Positions 14,088 through 25,594 of a DNA stretch of 64,000 nucleotides are shown in pieces; the first letter of the stretch is position 1; each line of letters begins with the position of its first letter. Source of the DNA: Eledone cirrhosa (Eukaryota); the NCBI GenBank assembly GCA_964016885.1, contig OZ024741.1, positions 90,892,001 to 90,956,000 of the forward strand, given 5' to 3'. The notes under the pieces were generated by a model. It did no database searches and was not told where the DNA came from. It was given only the letters and a program-made list of their open reading frames with translations. A program made the translations under genes and the position numbers.

Positions 14088-14152
14088 TTAAGGGCGCCTT
14101 ATTTTACTAACATGATTAAAAGATATAAACGGACGCTGTCCCGCACTCCTCC

Positions 14153-14335
14153 CTTGGTAGTATCGGTAGAGGGTCAGACGCCATGCTTTCTAGCATAGTT
14201 ATGTCCCTTTTATGATCTGAGTTCAAATCCCGCCGAGGTTAACTTTGCCTTTCATCCTTACGGGGTCGATAAAATAAAGTACCAGTAATACACTGGGATA
14301 ATTGCTGGCCTTGTGCCAAAAGTAAAAACAATTAT
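14153..14335 (+). mobile_element. SINE family 1 copy
   Basis: A/B boxes and central domain, highly similar to 2920-3105 and 57200-57380. Confidence 0.85.
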
Positions 14336-15929
14336 CGTATCGATGCCAAAATATGTTATATTTCCGACTGGAACATCTTTGAATGGAAATCTGCTCAAAC
14401 TGTGCAGATCTGCAAGAATATTTAGTTTTATTTATCCTGTAGTCAAATTAGTGTCAAATGCATTCTTCATCAGTCCTTTTGGGAATCTGATGAACGTGAT
14501 AAGAGAAATATTAAAGAGTACTTTAAAGATGCGTATGGGTTTATAATAACTAATCTCATGGTTTTAAGACATCTTTTTAACTGATCGGTCAAATGAGTAT
14601 GGGTAGTTCCCACGACACATTTCACGGCTTCGGATGTGGGAAGGAGAGATTATCTTTAAACTAGAGACCTTGTCCTAATACTTGCTTCAGAATGGATTTC
14701 AATAGATGCACCAAACGTGTTAAACTGTGCAATAGATTAATTCTGCCACATAGTTAGGCTACGATAGAACAAGTACCATCGGTTTAGTATGTCTGATAAT
14801 CCAGCACTGTGGACTGGACTGATACTATTTTGTCGACATCGAGAGATGGAAATACGAAGTTGACGTTGACAGAATTTGAATTCAGAGCGAAGTGAGATGG
14901 AACAAATGCAACAAAATACTTGTACGTTATAATGATTCAACCAATTTGTCACCTATTTCTAATACATGCGCCATAGTGAATATGTAAAAAATGTCCAAGG
15001 ATGTAATCTTCTCTAAATGAACACCATCTCGCTTTTCTCCCGGTCTGTCTTGCAGCCAGGCAGCAAAATGTGGCCCCATTCGGTAATTTCTTGAATAACC
15101 AGTATCCATTTTGATGATGAATGCATCCGCAGCAGAGTAACCCTGCTCCTTAGACTCCGAGTGTGTGACTCACACTAATACCGTTGTGAAACCATTATCG
15201 ACAAGTTTGGACTACATCCGCTTTCGTAGTGTCACAGTACAAGTAGATTCTTTAATGTAGAGGAGCAGAAGGTAAATAAATATCGGGTTTTGACTGAATG
15301 CTTCCTTTTTGTGCCAGCTGTCATCGCGAGACCGATGTATTCGGCCCTCAGGCTGTCGTTTTCTTCCACAAAATCGGTAGAACATATCGCTGACTCATCT
15401 TCATAGCAAGGCTTTGGCTATCTTATCCATTCGTTGCAGCTGAGATGTAACGTCCAGCCAAGAATGTAGTTCCCCTCACCCTTTTCCAACATTCTTTTTG
15501 TTCATTTTTTCTTTCTTCCCCATTCCATTTATACATCTTTTCCTGTTTGTAAATATATACACGTTTCCTGTTTTACCTGTATAACTAGAATAGTTGAAAG
15601 GTGTCGACAAATGACTAGTCTGCTAGAAATGCCATTGACTTCATCCACTCCTAATGAACGAAGTTATTTAAATGCTTGTCAGCCAAGAAACCTCTGCCTG
15701 ATCTCTCAAATGGCTAGAAATAGCAGCCAAGTCACCCCAATTACACCCAAATTACACAAAAGTCGAGATGTTCTTGCCTGGAGTATCTTTGGTCATAGGC
15801 CTTCTCGATAAGATCTGACCTGGGACTAAACAACAGCATAGGGTTCTTTACAGTTTACGTCTGCCAAATTTCATTCACAAGATTATTTCTTAAACAGAAG
15901 CTATGGTAGATCAACGTGCTACACAGTGG

Positions 15930-15991
<62 letters not shown>

Positions 15992-16078
15992 ATATTTGGG
16001 GAGGGTCATATCATATTATTTTAAAATTGCCAGATATATTGGCTATATATATATATGTGTGCGTGTGTGTGTGTGTGC

Positions 16079-16193
<115 letters not shown>

Positions 16194-16312
16194 GAGAGAG
16201 AGGGGGGAGAAAGGGGGAGAGAGGGAATAGAATTAGAATTTAGCTTCGAACATAGCTGTACACAAATATATATTTGGATTTCGTATTTTAAAGAAATACG
16301 GTATGTTTATAA

Positions 16313-16613
16313 ATAAACGTTTAGAAAGCCATAGCTATGAATAACACTGGCAGCCAAGGCCACCTAACGGTGTTCGGCAGAATCAAGGGGGACAACCGTC
16401 GATCCATTTCGAAATTGACTGGTCCTCGTCAGGACGGTCTCTCCCGCTCTTGCAACTGGTGGACTTTGAAAACAGGCAAAAATATATAGTTTTTTCGTCT
16501 GTTTAAATGAGGTGATTAATCTCATTTGCATATGAAGCTGTATTTTGCCTGTTTTCCGCTCGGTGGCGTTGGCTGTCAGTGTTATTCATAGCTATGGCTT
16601 TCTAAATGTTTAT
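16313..16613. mobile_element. ~300-bp fold-back element containing the hammerhead
   Basis: 52-bp inverted arms at 16313-16364 and 16562-16613, plus nested inverted segments GAAAACAGGCAAAA/TTTTGCCTGTTTTC and AAATGAG/CTCATTT. Confidence 0.7.
16395..16438 (-). ncRNA. Minimal type I hammerhead ribozyme motif
   Basis: Minus strand: ACCGTC-CTGACGA-GGACCAGTCAATTTC-GAAAT-GG-ATC-GACGGT, with a 6-bp stem I, intact core and AUC triplet. Confidence 0.75.
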
Positions 16614-16860
16614 CACCTCATCACAGGTCACAACCATTGGTGATACATGTCAATTTCTACTGATTGTGTGTCTGAAGCGTTCTTCCGATTTGATTATTAC
16701 ATAATTAACTGCAATTGTGATAAAGAACTAAATTATCATCCCACAGCATACCTGCTAGAATAAGGAAAAGGTATGTTTCATCATCTTGTGTCAACACTTT
16801 AGTTCTTGTATCCTCATAGAGAAACGGAATGCATTCAAGAGTTGTGTATGTTTGTATGTT

Positions 16861-16923
<63 letters not shown>

Positions 16924-18504
16924 TTAGGTATGTGTGTAGGTATGTGGGTGTGTGTGCATAAACAGAGAAAAGGAAACGCAAAAGAAAAAAGAGTTGAGAG
17001 AAATGTAATTAATTGAACGCCCCTCATTCACAAACAAGGAAATATCGAGACAGGTTTCTTCGAATCAAATCTATTTACATGATCAAATAGTCGGTTTGTT
17101 CAAAATAAACAAAATATAAACAATTTGAAAAAATATTTATTTTCTTACAAGTAATTTTACTGTCTCAAAAATGTTGGATATTTTTATATTTACTCAAAGT
17201 AAAAGAAGCAAGTTTGATAAGTAGGTTGGTCATAATAGAAATATTTTGGTTACTGAATGATATAATAAGGTAGCTTTATTTTTAGGCTATTTTTAGATAT
17301 TGTGGTAAAATATCACAGCTGCTTCACATCCATCCACAATATTCATAGGAATAAATACCTGCATTTACTTAGAGATAATTAATGTTTACAAATGTGAAGT
17401 ATCAGTGGTGACATCTTTAATTAGACGAATATTCGCGCTCTTCTCCCCAGCATGAAGAAAATTATGAATTAAAACCGACACCAAGTTACAACCTGAATGT
17501 AAAAAATGAAAACAAATAAACCAATCCATAAAACATTACAATAGTGATTCTTTTAACTCTGCATTTGACCGTGCTTGTGCCATTCTAAATTTAATTTTGT
17601 GCAGTAAGTTTACGTTTTTTTTTTTAGGTCAAATACTACAAGTGCTTACATGATAAATGATGGAAAGGCTTAAAATACTCATAAAATGTTAAAATTAGCC
17701 ATGAAAAATACTTCTCAGATCCAGTGAATATCAAACAAAGATTTGTGAAGTTCTCAAACTTACTTAATCAAACCTTGCAAATCAACGCAATAAATACATC
17801 AGGTACTACACTTATTAAAATATATAAATATATAAACCATACATAAAGTGTATTATCTGAATCAATCGAATAGATAAATATAATCATTCTGCACTACGAA
17901 AACACTAAAATTAAAAACCTTATTGTGGATAACGAAGCAAGCTTGCAATCGAGAACAAGCTACTAATAATAAATGTGATACTAATTACAAATTTAATTTG
18001 ATTGCAAACGTGAATTTGTAAACTTCACAAATCTGTTAGACTAGCTATATATGTAGTATGAAACTTAATCTAGCTGTCGTCTGTTCTACAGCGTAGATGT
18101 AATTCACTTCGCGCAGAAGTTTTGTTCAAATTTATTGCGGAAATTTTGTAAGTTCAATTTTAATTTTGATACTATTGTGTAGCTTGACCCCCCCGTCTGA
18201 ACTGTCAGGCCGTGGGTCAGCTCATCTTTGCCCCTCCCAGGGGTGAAAAACCTGTTTTTTAAAATTTTGTGGCATAAAAAATTTCAATCGTCTGACAGAA
18301 ATGTTAAACGAAGCTAACGAAAATAGTGGTGGGGGGACAGCGGTAAGAGTTGTAAGCTCGCACGCTTTAGTCCCCCCCCCCTTCCTTCCCAACTAACGTC
18401 ATAGAGAAGGAAAGAAAAAATAAAATAAAAACAGACGAATCTGCGGAGAAAAATGACGAAAACACAAATCTGGACATTGATTCCAACAACAAAAAAAAAA
18501 CAAT

Positions 18505-20205
18505 TTGAATGACAATATTAATACCACAAACAAAGACACAACAAACACAAAAATAACATTTGAAAACAACATCATAACAGAAAGCAAAGCAGACGACAAA
18601 GTCAACACCAATAATATTTCATTTGCACAAACAACAAAGAAATCTTTGACATATATACCTGAAAATATTTCAGATGTGGCACAAAGAATTACAGACGCCA
18701 AACAATACGTAACTCAAGGGGAAAATGGTATTTTATCGGTAAAAATGCCTCAAGAACTCACCAAAGACATTGAAAGTCGGACGGTCGTTTTCCGCACCAT
18801 CAACAACATTTCTAAAAAACCTCAACAGCCAACACAAACAGAAATCAAAGCAGTACTTACAGAAGTACTTAATGAAACCACTTTCATAAGAAGAGACAGA
18901 CTGTATGGAAGCCTAGCGATTATTATGAAGAACGAATCGGCGGCAAAAAAATGTGCTTTGTCGCCGATTCGTTCGACAAATTTTACCTTTTATCCATCTT
19001 ATATGGGTAAAAGAACTCAGCGCATATGGCTGGATGCGATGATGCCAGATGTGAACTACTGCTGGCTCATAGCTGGCTTCATCGATCCAGCGAATGACAA
19101 CGTGATTTCAATTGGGAAAACCACAGGCAATGCGTTCAGTGGAACAGGTATAGAACTTGTAGTGCAAATGAAGCCTGAACGCATTGCCCAAATACCCGAC
19201 AGAATCCTATTAGAGGGCCACGGGTATATAAACATTAGCGTGGTGGGGAGAAGGCCGTCCTGTCATATCTGTGCAGGCAGAGGGCACCTGAAGGCGGCTT
19301 GTCCCCAACTCAACAAGAAGAAAACCCTGCTACCAACACCAGCTCCACCACCACCACAACACATAAACAAACAACAAAACTCAGTCCCACCCAACCCGTC
19401 CCTCAGTAAAACTACACCACCACCACAACACAAACAGTCACAACACATTACCCAAAAACAAAACACAGTCCCACCCAACCCCTCACTCAATAAAACAACA
19501 CAACCACCGCAGCCACAACACACAACACAATCTAACATAGTGACATCCATCTCCCCCACAAAGAAAACCAACACGGAAACATTACCAGCAAACATACCTC
19601 TTCCCTCCAACACTGAAGATAACCCAACGAATTCGGAGGAAGAAACGGAGTCCTTCAGACAGATTAAAAGGAAAAAAAGAAAACATGTGCATAACACACA
19701 AGGCCAAACAACCCCTACCCAAATGTCAACACAATCCAACAAAACACAAAACACCCCTCCAGCAACAAACAAAACCAAACCTGCCCCTCCCCTCTTCGAA
19801 ACACTCACACCATCCGAAAAAAAGACATTACACTATACTTACATCAACAGAAACAATAATAAATTAAATGAACTCATAAACAATAACCCTTCAGTACAAA
19901 CCGAAGGTGTAAACTTTGTTTCTTCAGAAAACTACCCACATTTTAAATTAATAAAGATCCCAATGAACCTCTACCAAAAACTAAAAAAGGATTTTAAAGA
20001 GGACGTAGGACCACCCTCTGTCAAACCCATAAACCGCGTCCTACTGAAAAGCTTTCCCCCTCCCCTTCCCCTCCCCAACACAACTCCAAACACCCCAACC
20101 CCACCACACACTGACGACCCCACACCACCACAAGACACCCCTTCACCCAACACCCCCGACCCCATGGAAGTCGTGCGACCCGAACCCCGGGGAGCAGAAA
20201 GGTAG
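18505..20205 (+). CDS. Tx1-like ORF1 protein (CCHC zinc knuckle, Pro/Thr/Gln-rich region)
   Basis: 566-aa open frame with CHICAGRGHLKAAC. YMGKRTQ is shared with the ORF1s of copies B2 and C. The original start is probably ATG 18301, now separated by stops/frameshifts. Confidence 0.85.
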   Translation: MNDNINTTNKDTTNTKITFENNIITESKADDKVNTNNISFAQTTKKSLTYIPENISDVAQRITDAKQYVTQGENGILSVKMPQELTKDIESRTVVFRTINNISKKPQQPTQTEIKAVLTEVLNETTFIRRDRLYGSLAIIMKNESAAKKCALSPIRSTNFTFYPSYMGKRTQRIWLDAMMPDVNYCWLIAGFIDPANDNVISIGKTTGNAFSGTGIELVVQMKPERIAQIPDRILLEGHGYINISVVGRRPSCHICAGRGHLKAACPQLNKKKTLLPTPAPPPPQHINKQQNSVPPNPSLSKTTPPPQHKQSQHITQKQNTVPPNPSLNKTTQPPQPQHTTQSNIVTSISPTKKTNTETLPANIPLPSNTEDNPTNSEEETESFRQIKRKKRKHVHNTQGQTTPTQMSTQSNKTQNTPPATNKTKPAPPLFETLTPSEKKTLHYTYINRNNNKLNELINNNPSVQTEGVNFVSSENYPHFKLIKIPMNLYQKLKKDFKEDVGPPSVKPINRVLLKSFPPPLPLPNTTPNTPTPPHTDDPTPPQDTPSPNTPDPMEVVRPEPRGAER

Positions 20206-20238
20206 GTCTCTACACTCTCCTTTGGCTTTGCCGCCCAC

Positions 20239-23200
20239 ATGGATGTGTTAAGAGTAGGATGTTTGAATGCACGTGGCCTGGGCTCAACTTGGAAGCAAGC
20301 AAAGCTTCTAAATGACCTCAGGTCACGTGGTATAAATGTAATGGTTATCTGTGAGACTCGGATCAGCGTCTTGCGGCAGCTGGTCCTACCTTCGATGACT
20401 TTGAGGTGCATGCATCTCTCTGTCAACCTGGAGGTGGGGGTGGGGTTGTCGTACTGCTGGAAAAACACCTGGGTCTCGCCGTACAGGTTGTTCACTCGGA
20501 CCCGGAAGGTCGTTTGTTGGTGCTAGACGTTGGCAGTAGTGGAGGTGCGGCCTTGAGACTGGTCGCCGTCTACTCCCCTTTCAGAGCTGAACGACCCGAC
20601 TTCTTCCAGCGTCTGGAGACTTTTCTGGGAACGTCGCGTTCCCTGCTTCTAGCGGGGGGGATTGGAATGACATCCTAGATGCACGTTGGGACTATGCAGG
20701 AGCATGTCCTAATAGAGGAGGGTGTAACAGCCTCAAGGGGTTACTCGACCGTTTTAACTTGGTCGATAGATATCGACTAGATTTTCCAACTGTGCCAACC
20801 TGGACTTGGACGAACCACAGTGGTCAATCTAGATCGTACTTAGATAGATTCTTAGTTAGAAGTAAGGATAGGGACATATTAAGCTGTCCAGAAATGCTCA
20901 CGGTTGGCTATACAGATCACAAATTAGTGACCTGCGTAGTCAATCTCGAGAAAACACATAGACAGGATCCCGGTTACTGGAAGCTTAATTTGTCTTTACC
21001 GGCAAAAGAGGCTTACAGAAACCGGATTAGCAGATTAGTTAAGGAGAGCTTGACGGGTGCAATCGTCAACAACCGATGGTGGGCATCTCTCAAAAGAGAG
21101 ATTAGAACAGAATCAATAAGTTATAGAAAGATGTTAGCTGCCAATAGTAATAGGAACGAGAAAGAATTAACAGGTAAATTAGAAGAGGCAATCAAGAGCG
21201 AAGATGTGGCCAGAGTGCTGGCATCGAGGACGGCCTTGAGACAGGTTTTCGATGCAAAGCACAAAGGCTGCGTCATTCGAAGTAAAATACGTGCTCTAGG
21301 TAATGAGGGGGCCAAAGCCGTTGGCTGGGCCCGCGTGACAGAAGCTAAGAGTGGAAATCGATCCACCATCCGGTCTTTGCAAGACGAGGATGGACGGGTG
21401 ATCCAGGAGCCTAAGCAGATGTGCGAGGCCTTTCAAAGGCACTTTGCCCGATTGTTCGGGGGGGCGAGGGCCCAGACGGGGACGTGGATTTCGGTCCATA
21501 CCTCGACGGCCTGCCGCGTCTCTCGAGCGAAGAGGCAGAGTCCTGCGAGGGACCAATCTCGGCTGATGAGATCGGGGATGCGCTGAGCCAATGCAGCAGA
21601 CGCAAATCTCCAAGTCTCGATGGTATACCTTACGACTTTAATTAGCAATGCCGGTCTTCTTCTCCGAACTCCTCGAAGCAGTCTACTGCAATTGGCAGCA
21701 GAACGGGAGAATTCCTTGTTCTGTAGCCAAAGGTGTAGTCTCGCTGGTGAGGAAGAACGAGAACAAGGGGGATAGTATAAATAATTTTCGGCCCATAACC
21801 CTGCTAAACACAGAGTTAAAGATTTTGGCCAAGGTGTTAGCAAAGAGGTTGGCGCTTGTCGTGGGTGGCCTGGTGGGAGATGCGCAGACATGTGCTATCC
21901 CATCCAGGTCCATTCACGACAACCTCCACCTCATGCGATACATCATAGAGAGGGTTGGCAACAAACCCGGCTTCGGTGGGGCCCTGATCAACTTGGATCA
22001 GTCTAAGGCATTCAATAGGGTCGACCATGGTTACCTGGATGCGGTGCTAGCGGCGGCTGGGTTCGGTCCTCTTTTCAGAGGCTGGATCACTGCCTTACAT
22101 AGCAACCACATCTGTTCTAGGATCAAGGTGAACGGCTACCTTTCGAAGCCGTTCGAAATCACACGATCCATTCGACAGGGGTGCCCTCTCTCCTCCCTTC
22201 TGTACGTATTGACTCTCGAGCCTTTACTGAGGAAGTTGGAGTTGTTGCAGGGTATCCCCCTGGAACCAGGATTGAGCAAAGCGGTGTCGGCCTACGCCGA
22301 TGACGTAACAGTAATGGTATCGATCGACTCGGAGATCGAGGCGATCGGTACCTTACTGGAGGAATACGAAAGGTTGTCAGGAGCGAAACTGAACCGGTAA
22401 AAATCCATTGGGCTGCAACTGGGAACGTGGAGGGGCAGACCGATGCCTCCCGACGGTGTCGTCGGACACTGAACGGAGGGCCCGGTGAAGTTGCTTGGGG
22501 TCTGGTTTGGACCGGACCTCCAGGTGGAAAAGAACTGGGGCGAGGTTACGAACAAGGTGTTTGCACTAACCCAGAAATGGGCCAAGTGTAAGCTGTCCCT
22601 AAAAGGTCGGGCGGAGGTGGCGAACTTTTACATAGCGTCCGTCACTTACTACCGCCTGACTGTCGTGCCTTGCCCTAAGGAAACACTTACCACCATGGAA
22701 CGCATGCTCTTTCAATTTCTTTGGAAGAAGCGCCCTCCTATGGTGAGAAGATCCATCTGCTGCTAACAACCTTCGAAAGGAGGGCTGGGGATGCCGTGGT
22801 TGATGATGCGTAGGCACGCATTAAGGCTACGGCACCTACAGGTATTCCTCACTGGTCAACCGGTGTGGGCTCCGTTCGTGAGACGAGCCTTTCCGAGACT
22901 CGTCTCGCTCACCGAGCTGCAATCCTGGGTCAAGCAAAGATCCGGAAAACTGGGCGACTGGCACACTGAATGTGCCCAGGCGCTCAGGGCTCTCTGGCAA
23001 GCGGACCCGGCGATCGGTGGAGAATCCACCTTGTCATTCTATAGAGGGCTGGTGGCTAGCAGGGGCGATGACACCCTTGGAGAGTCGCTGGACATGGAAG
23101 AGGACGAACTGGCCAGCCTGTTCGGTAGGACTTTCGGCCCTGGACCAATGGACAACTTCCAGAAGTCACTGGCCTGGCAGTGCTACCGGGGGGCTCTACC

Positions 23201-23675
23201 CATTCGAGAAAAGCTCTACAGACACGGGTGCCCGGGCAGGGATCCCTCGAAAAAGATTTGCCCTAGATGCGTGCGTCACGAAGAAACCGTTGCGCACGCA
23301 TTGGTGCAATGTCCGGGCGTGGCTGATCTGTGGGGCTACGCCGAACAACTGCTGTCGCGGGTGGCGCCGATTCGATTGACCGCCGAGTCCGTGATGACAA
23401 TCAAGCCGCCTCCCCTCTTCACAAAGGAAGCAAAGGCGGTTCTTCTGTGCGTAATAGCCATGTTGAAAGAGGTTGTTTGGTGGACACAATTGAAAGGTCT
23501 GAGGTCAGGCAACTTCCTCTCTGGCCATAGTCTGGTCTACTTCTTCCGATATCATTTCGGAAGAAGGATAAGAATGGAGAGAGAGGTGCTTGGCCACAGG
23601 CAGTTTTATGAAAGGTGGGTAATAGTGGCGAGAATGGCTCGTGTAAATGGGCCTTCTCTGTATACCATCCTGTAG
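20239..23675 (+). pseudogene. Tx1-like ORF2 (APE endonuclease-RT-zinc finger), disrupted
   Basis: LNARGL, SYLDRF, TDHK; FRPITLLN, LDQSKAFNRV, QGCPLS, YADD; CPRC..ETVAHALVQC. Split over at least 7 ORF pieces. Confidence 0.95.
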
Positions 23676-24049
23676 GTAAAGAAGTGAAGGAGAGGGGAGC
23701 ACCTCCTCCATGTGCTCCCCGGGCAAAGGATTGCACACTTTTTCGGGGGTGTATGCAACCCCCATCACGTCCCCTCCCTTTTGAGGTTGTTTTCGATTAT
23801 TTTCATTTTATACCCTTTTTACTCGATTTTATGTAAACTCCCCCCTTGTATTTGTCCCTTCTTTTTGTGCCTTTATGGTAAATAAAGAAATATATATATG
23901 TAGTATGAAACTTTCCTTCATACAATTGAAACTCATCTATGATATACAAAAATCAGGGCAAAACTAAAACAAATTAATGATGGAAGCAATAATAATTGCA
24001 CAATGCTGCTCTAAAACAAATGTGTATGTATATGTTAGACCAACATCGG

Positions 24050-24355
24050 GTATGGTGACGAGTGTTCTAGTTGTTTGGTCAACGGAAATGACATGTACAT
24101 GTCATTGACACGCATGTGGCTAAGCTTTCCACATATACTTGTACTCTTGAGGTAATTCTCAAGGAGATCCAGCGTGATACAGTGTGTGATACGGCAAGCT
24201 CTTTGAATCACAGATACAATCTATTTTTCAGCTGAGTGGACTGGAGGCACATGAAACTAAGTGTCATGCTCAAAGACGCCACACCGAACCGGGAGTTGAA
24301 TTTACGACCAACTGATCATGAGACAAACACTCTAGACATTAAGCCACCACACGCC
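24050..24355 (-). mobile_element. SINE family 2 copy
   Basis: Reverse complement of 43205-43480, with a tRNA-like head at the right end. Confidence 0.7.
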
Positions 24356-24818
24356 TCCATTTCAAAATATGTAAATACCCAGCCATAACAATGTCTCTCT
24401 CTGACTTTTAAATCATCATTGCTCAACGGTAAAATATCCAGTTGATCCTTGCAGAAAGAAAAAACAAACAAACAGATGAAAGATTATAATTAATTCTATT
24501 ACTATCGATTTAACACTTACTGAGAGGGGGGCTATTTATTAATCCTCGACTTTTAATAAAATAAGAGTACGCGTGCACGCGCACACAAGCACACACATAC
24601 ACATACACTTTCCTTCGCTCTTACCTTCACCCTCTCTCCTTCTCTCTCCTCTTCTCTCTCTTATTCTCTTTCTCCTTCTCTCTTTCCTTCACCCTGTATA
24701 AATATATAAACAGCCCTGAAGTCAGGCGAATATGATGAAAATTACTAGAAAGAAGAGAAGAGTGAAAGAAAGAAAAAAAGAAAGAAAGAAATATAGATAG
24801 ATAGATAGATAGATAGAT

Positions 24819-25588
24819 ATCTTTATTTGCCACAGGGGTGTGCAAAAAATGGGACATTACAAGACGAGACTGCGGGGGTTCTTTATAAAATCATATAAAC
24901 TTTAACATTAATAAATAACAATAAACTATATATAAAATAAGATAACAATCGAAATCCCCAATATGGGGGAACGTTACTGCGTGGTTGTTTTACACACGTG
25001 GATAGAACAACCCTCAACACCAGAAACATGTTTTGTAGGTGTTCTCGTCTTCCCTCTGTTTGTCTTCCTCAACCTACAGGTTTATATACAGAGAAGGCTC
25101 ATTCACTCGGGCCATTTTCGCCACATTCACCCACCTTTCAGCGAATTTACTGGGGTGTAGCACCTCTCTCTCCACCCTCACCTTCCTTCTGAAGTGATAC
25201 TTAAAGAAGGGGATACGTTGTCTGGAGAGGAAGATGTTTGCCCTCAGTCCTTTTAACATCGTCCACCATATTACCTCTTTCGCCATAGCCACCAGACAGA
25301 GGAAAACCGCCTCTCCTTCATTCTTAAATAAAGGCGGCGGGGTGATCCTCACGATGGATTCAGCTGTCAACTGGATGCGTCCCACACATGACAGTAGCTG
25401 TTCGACATAATTCCACAGGTCGGTCACCCGTCGGCACTGAAAAATTGCGTGCAGAACGGTTTCAATATCCTGCTCGCATCTTGGACAGGTCCTTTTGGCA
25501 GGATCCCTACCAGGGCGTCCATGCCTGCAGATTTTGTCTCGAACTGGTAGAGATCCTCGGTAGGATATCCTCTCTATGATGTATCACA
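24819..25588 (-). mobile_element. 5'-truncated, internally deleted Tx1-like copy (B1)
   Basis: ORF2 C-terminus at 25074-25427. The 3' UTR ends GGCAAATAAAG followed by (ATCT)n at 24792-24819. Confidence 0.9.
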
Positions 25589-25594
25589 GAGATA

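Larger units (their letters stand above)
18067..23892 (+). mobile_element. Full-length L1-Tx1-like LINE (copy A) with 21-bp TSD
   Basis: TSD TATATATGTAGTATGAAACTT at 18046-18066 and 23893-23913. Contains 5' UTR, ORF1, ORF2 and a 3' UTR ending AATAAAGAAA. Confidence 0.95.

Noticed and set aside
19263-23836. Antisense and alternate-frame ORFs over the Tx1 elements
   Set aside because: By-products of strand-biased or GC-rich LINE coding sequence.
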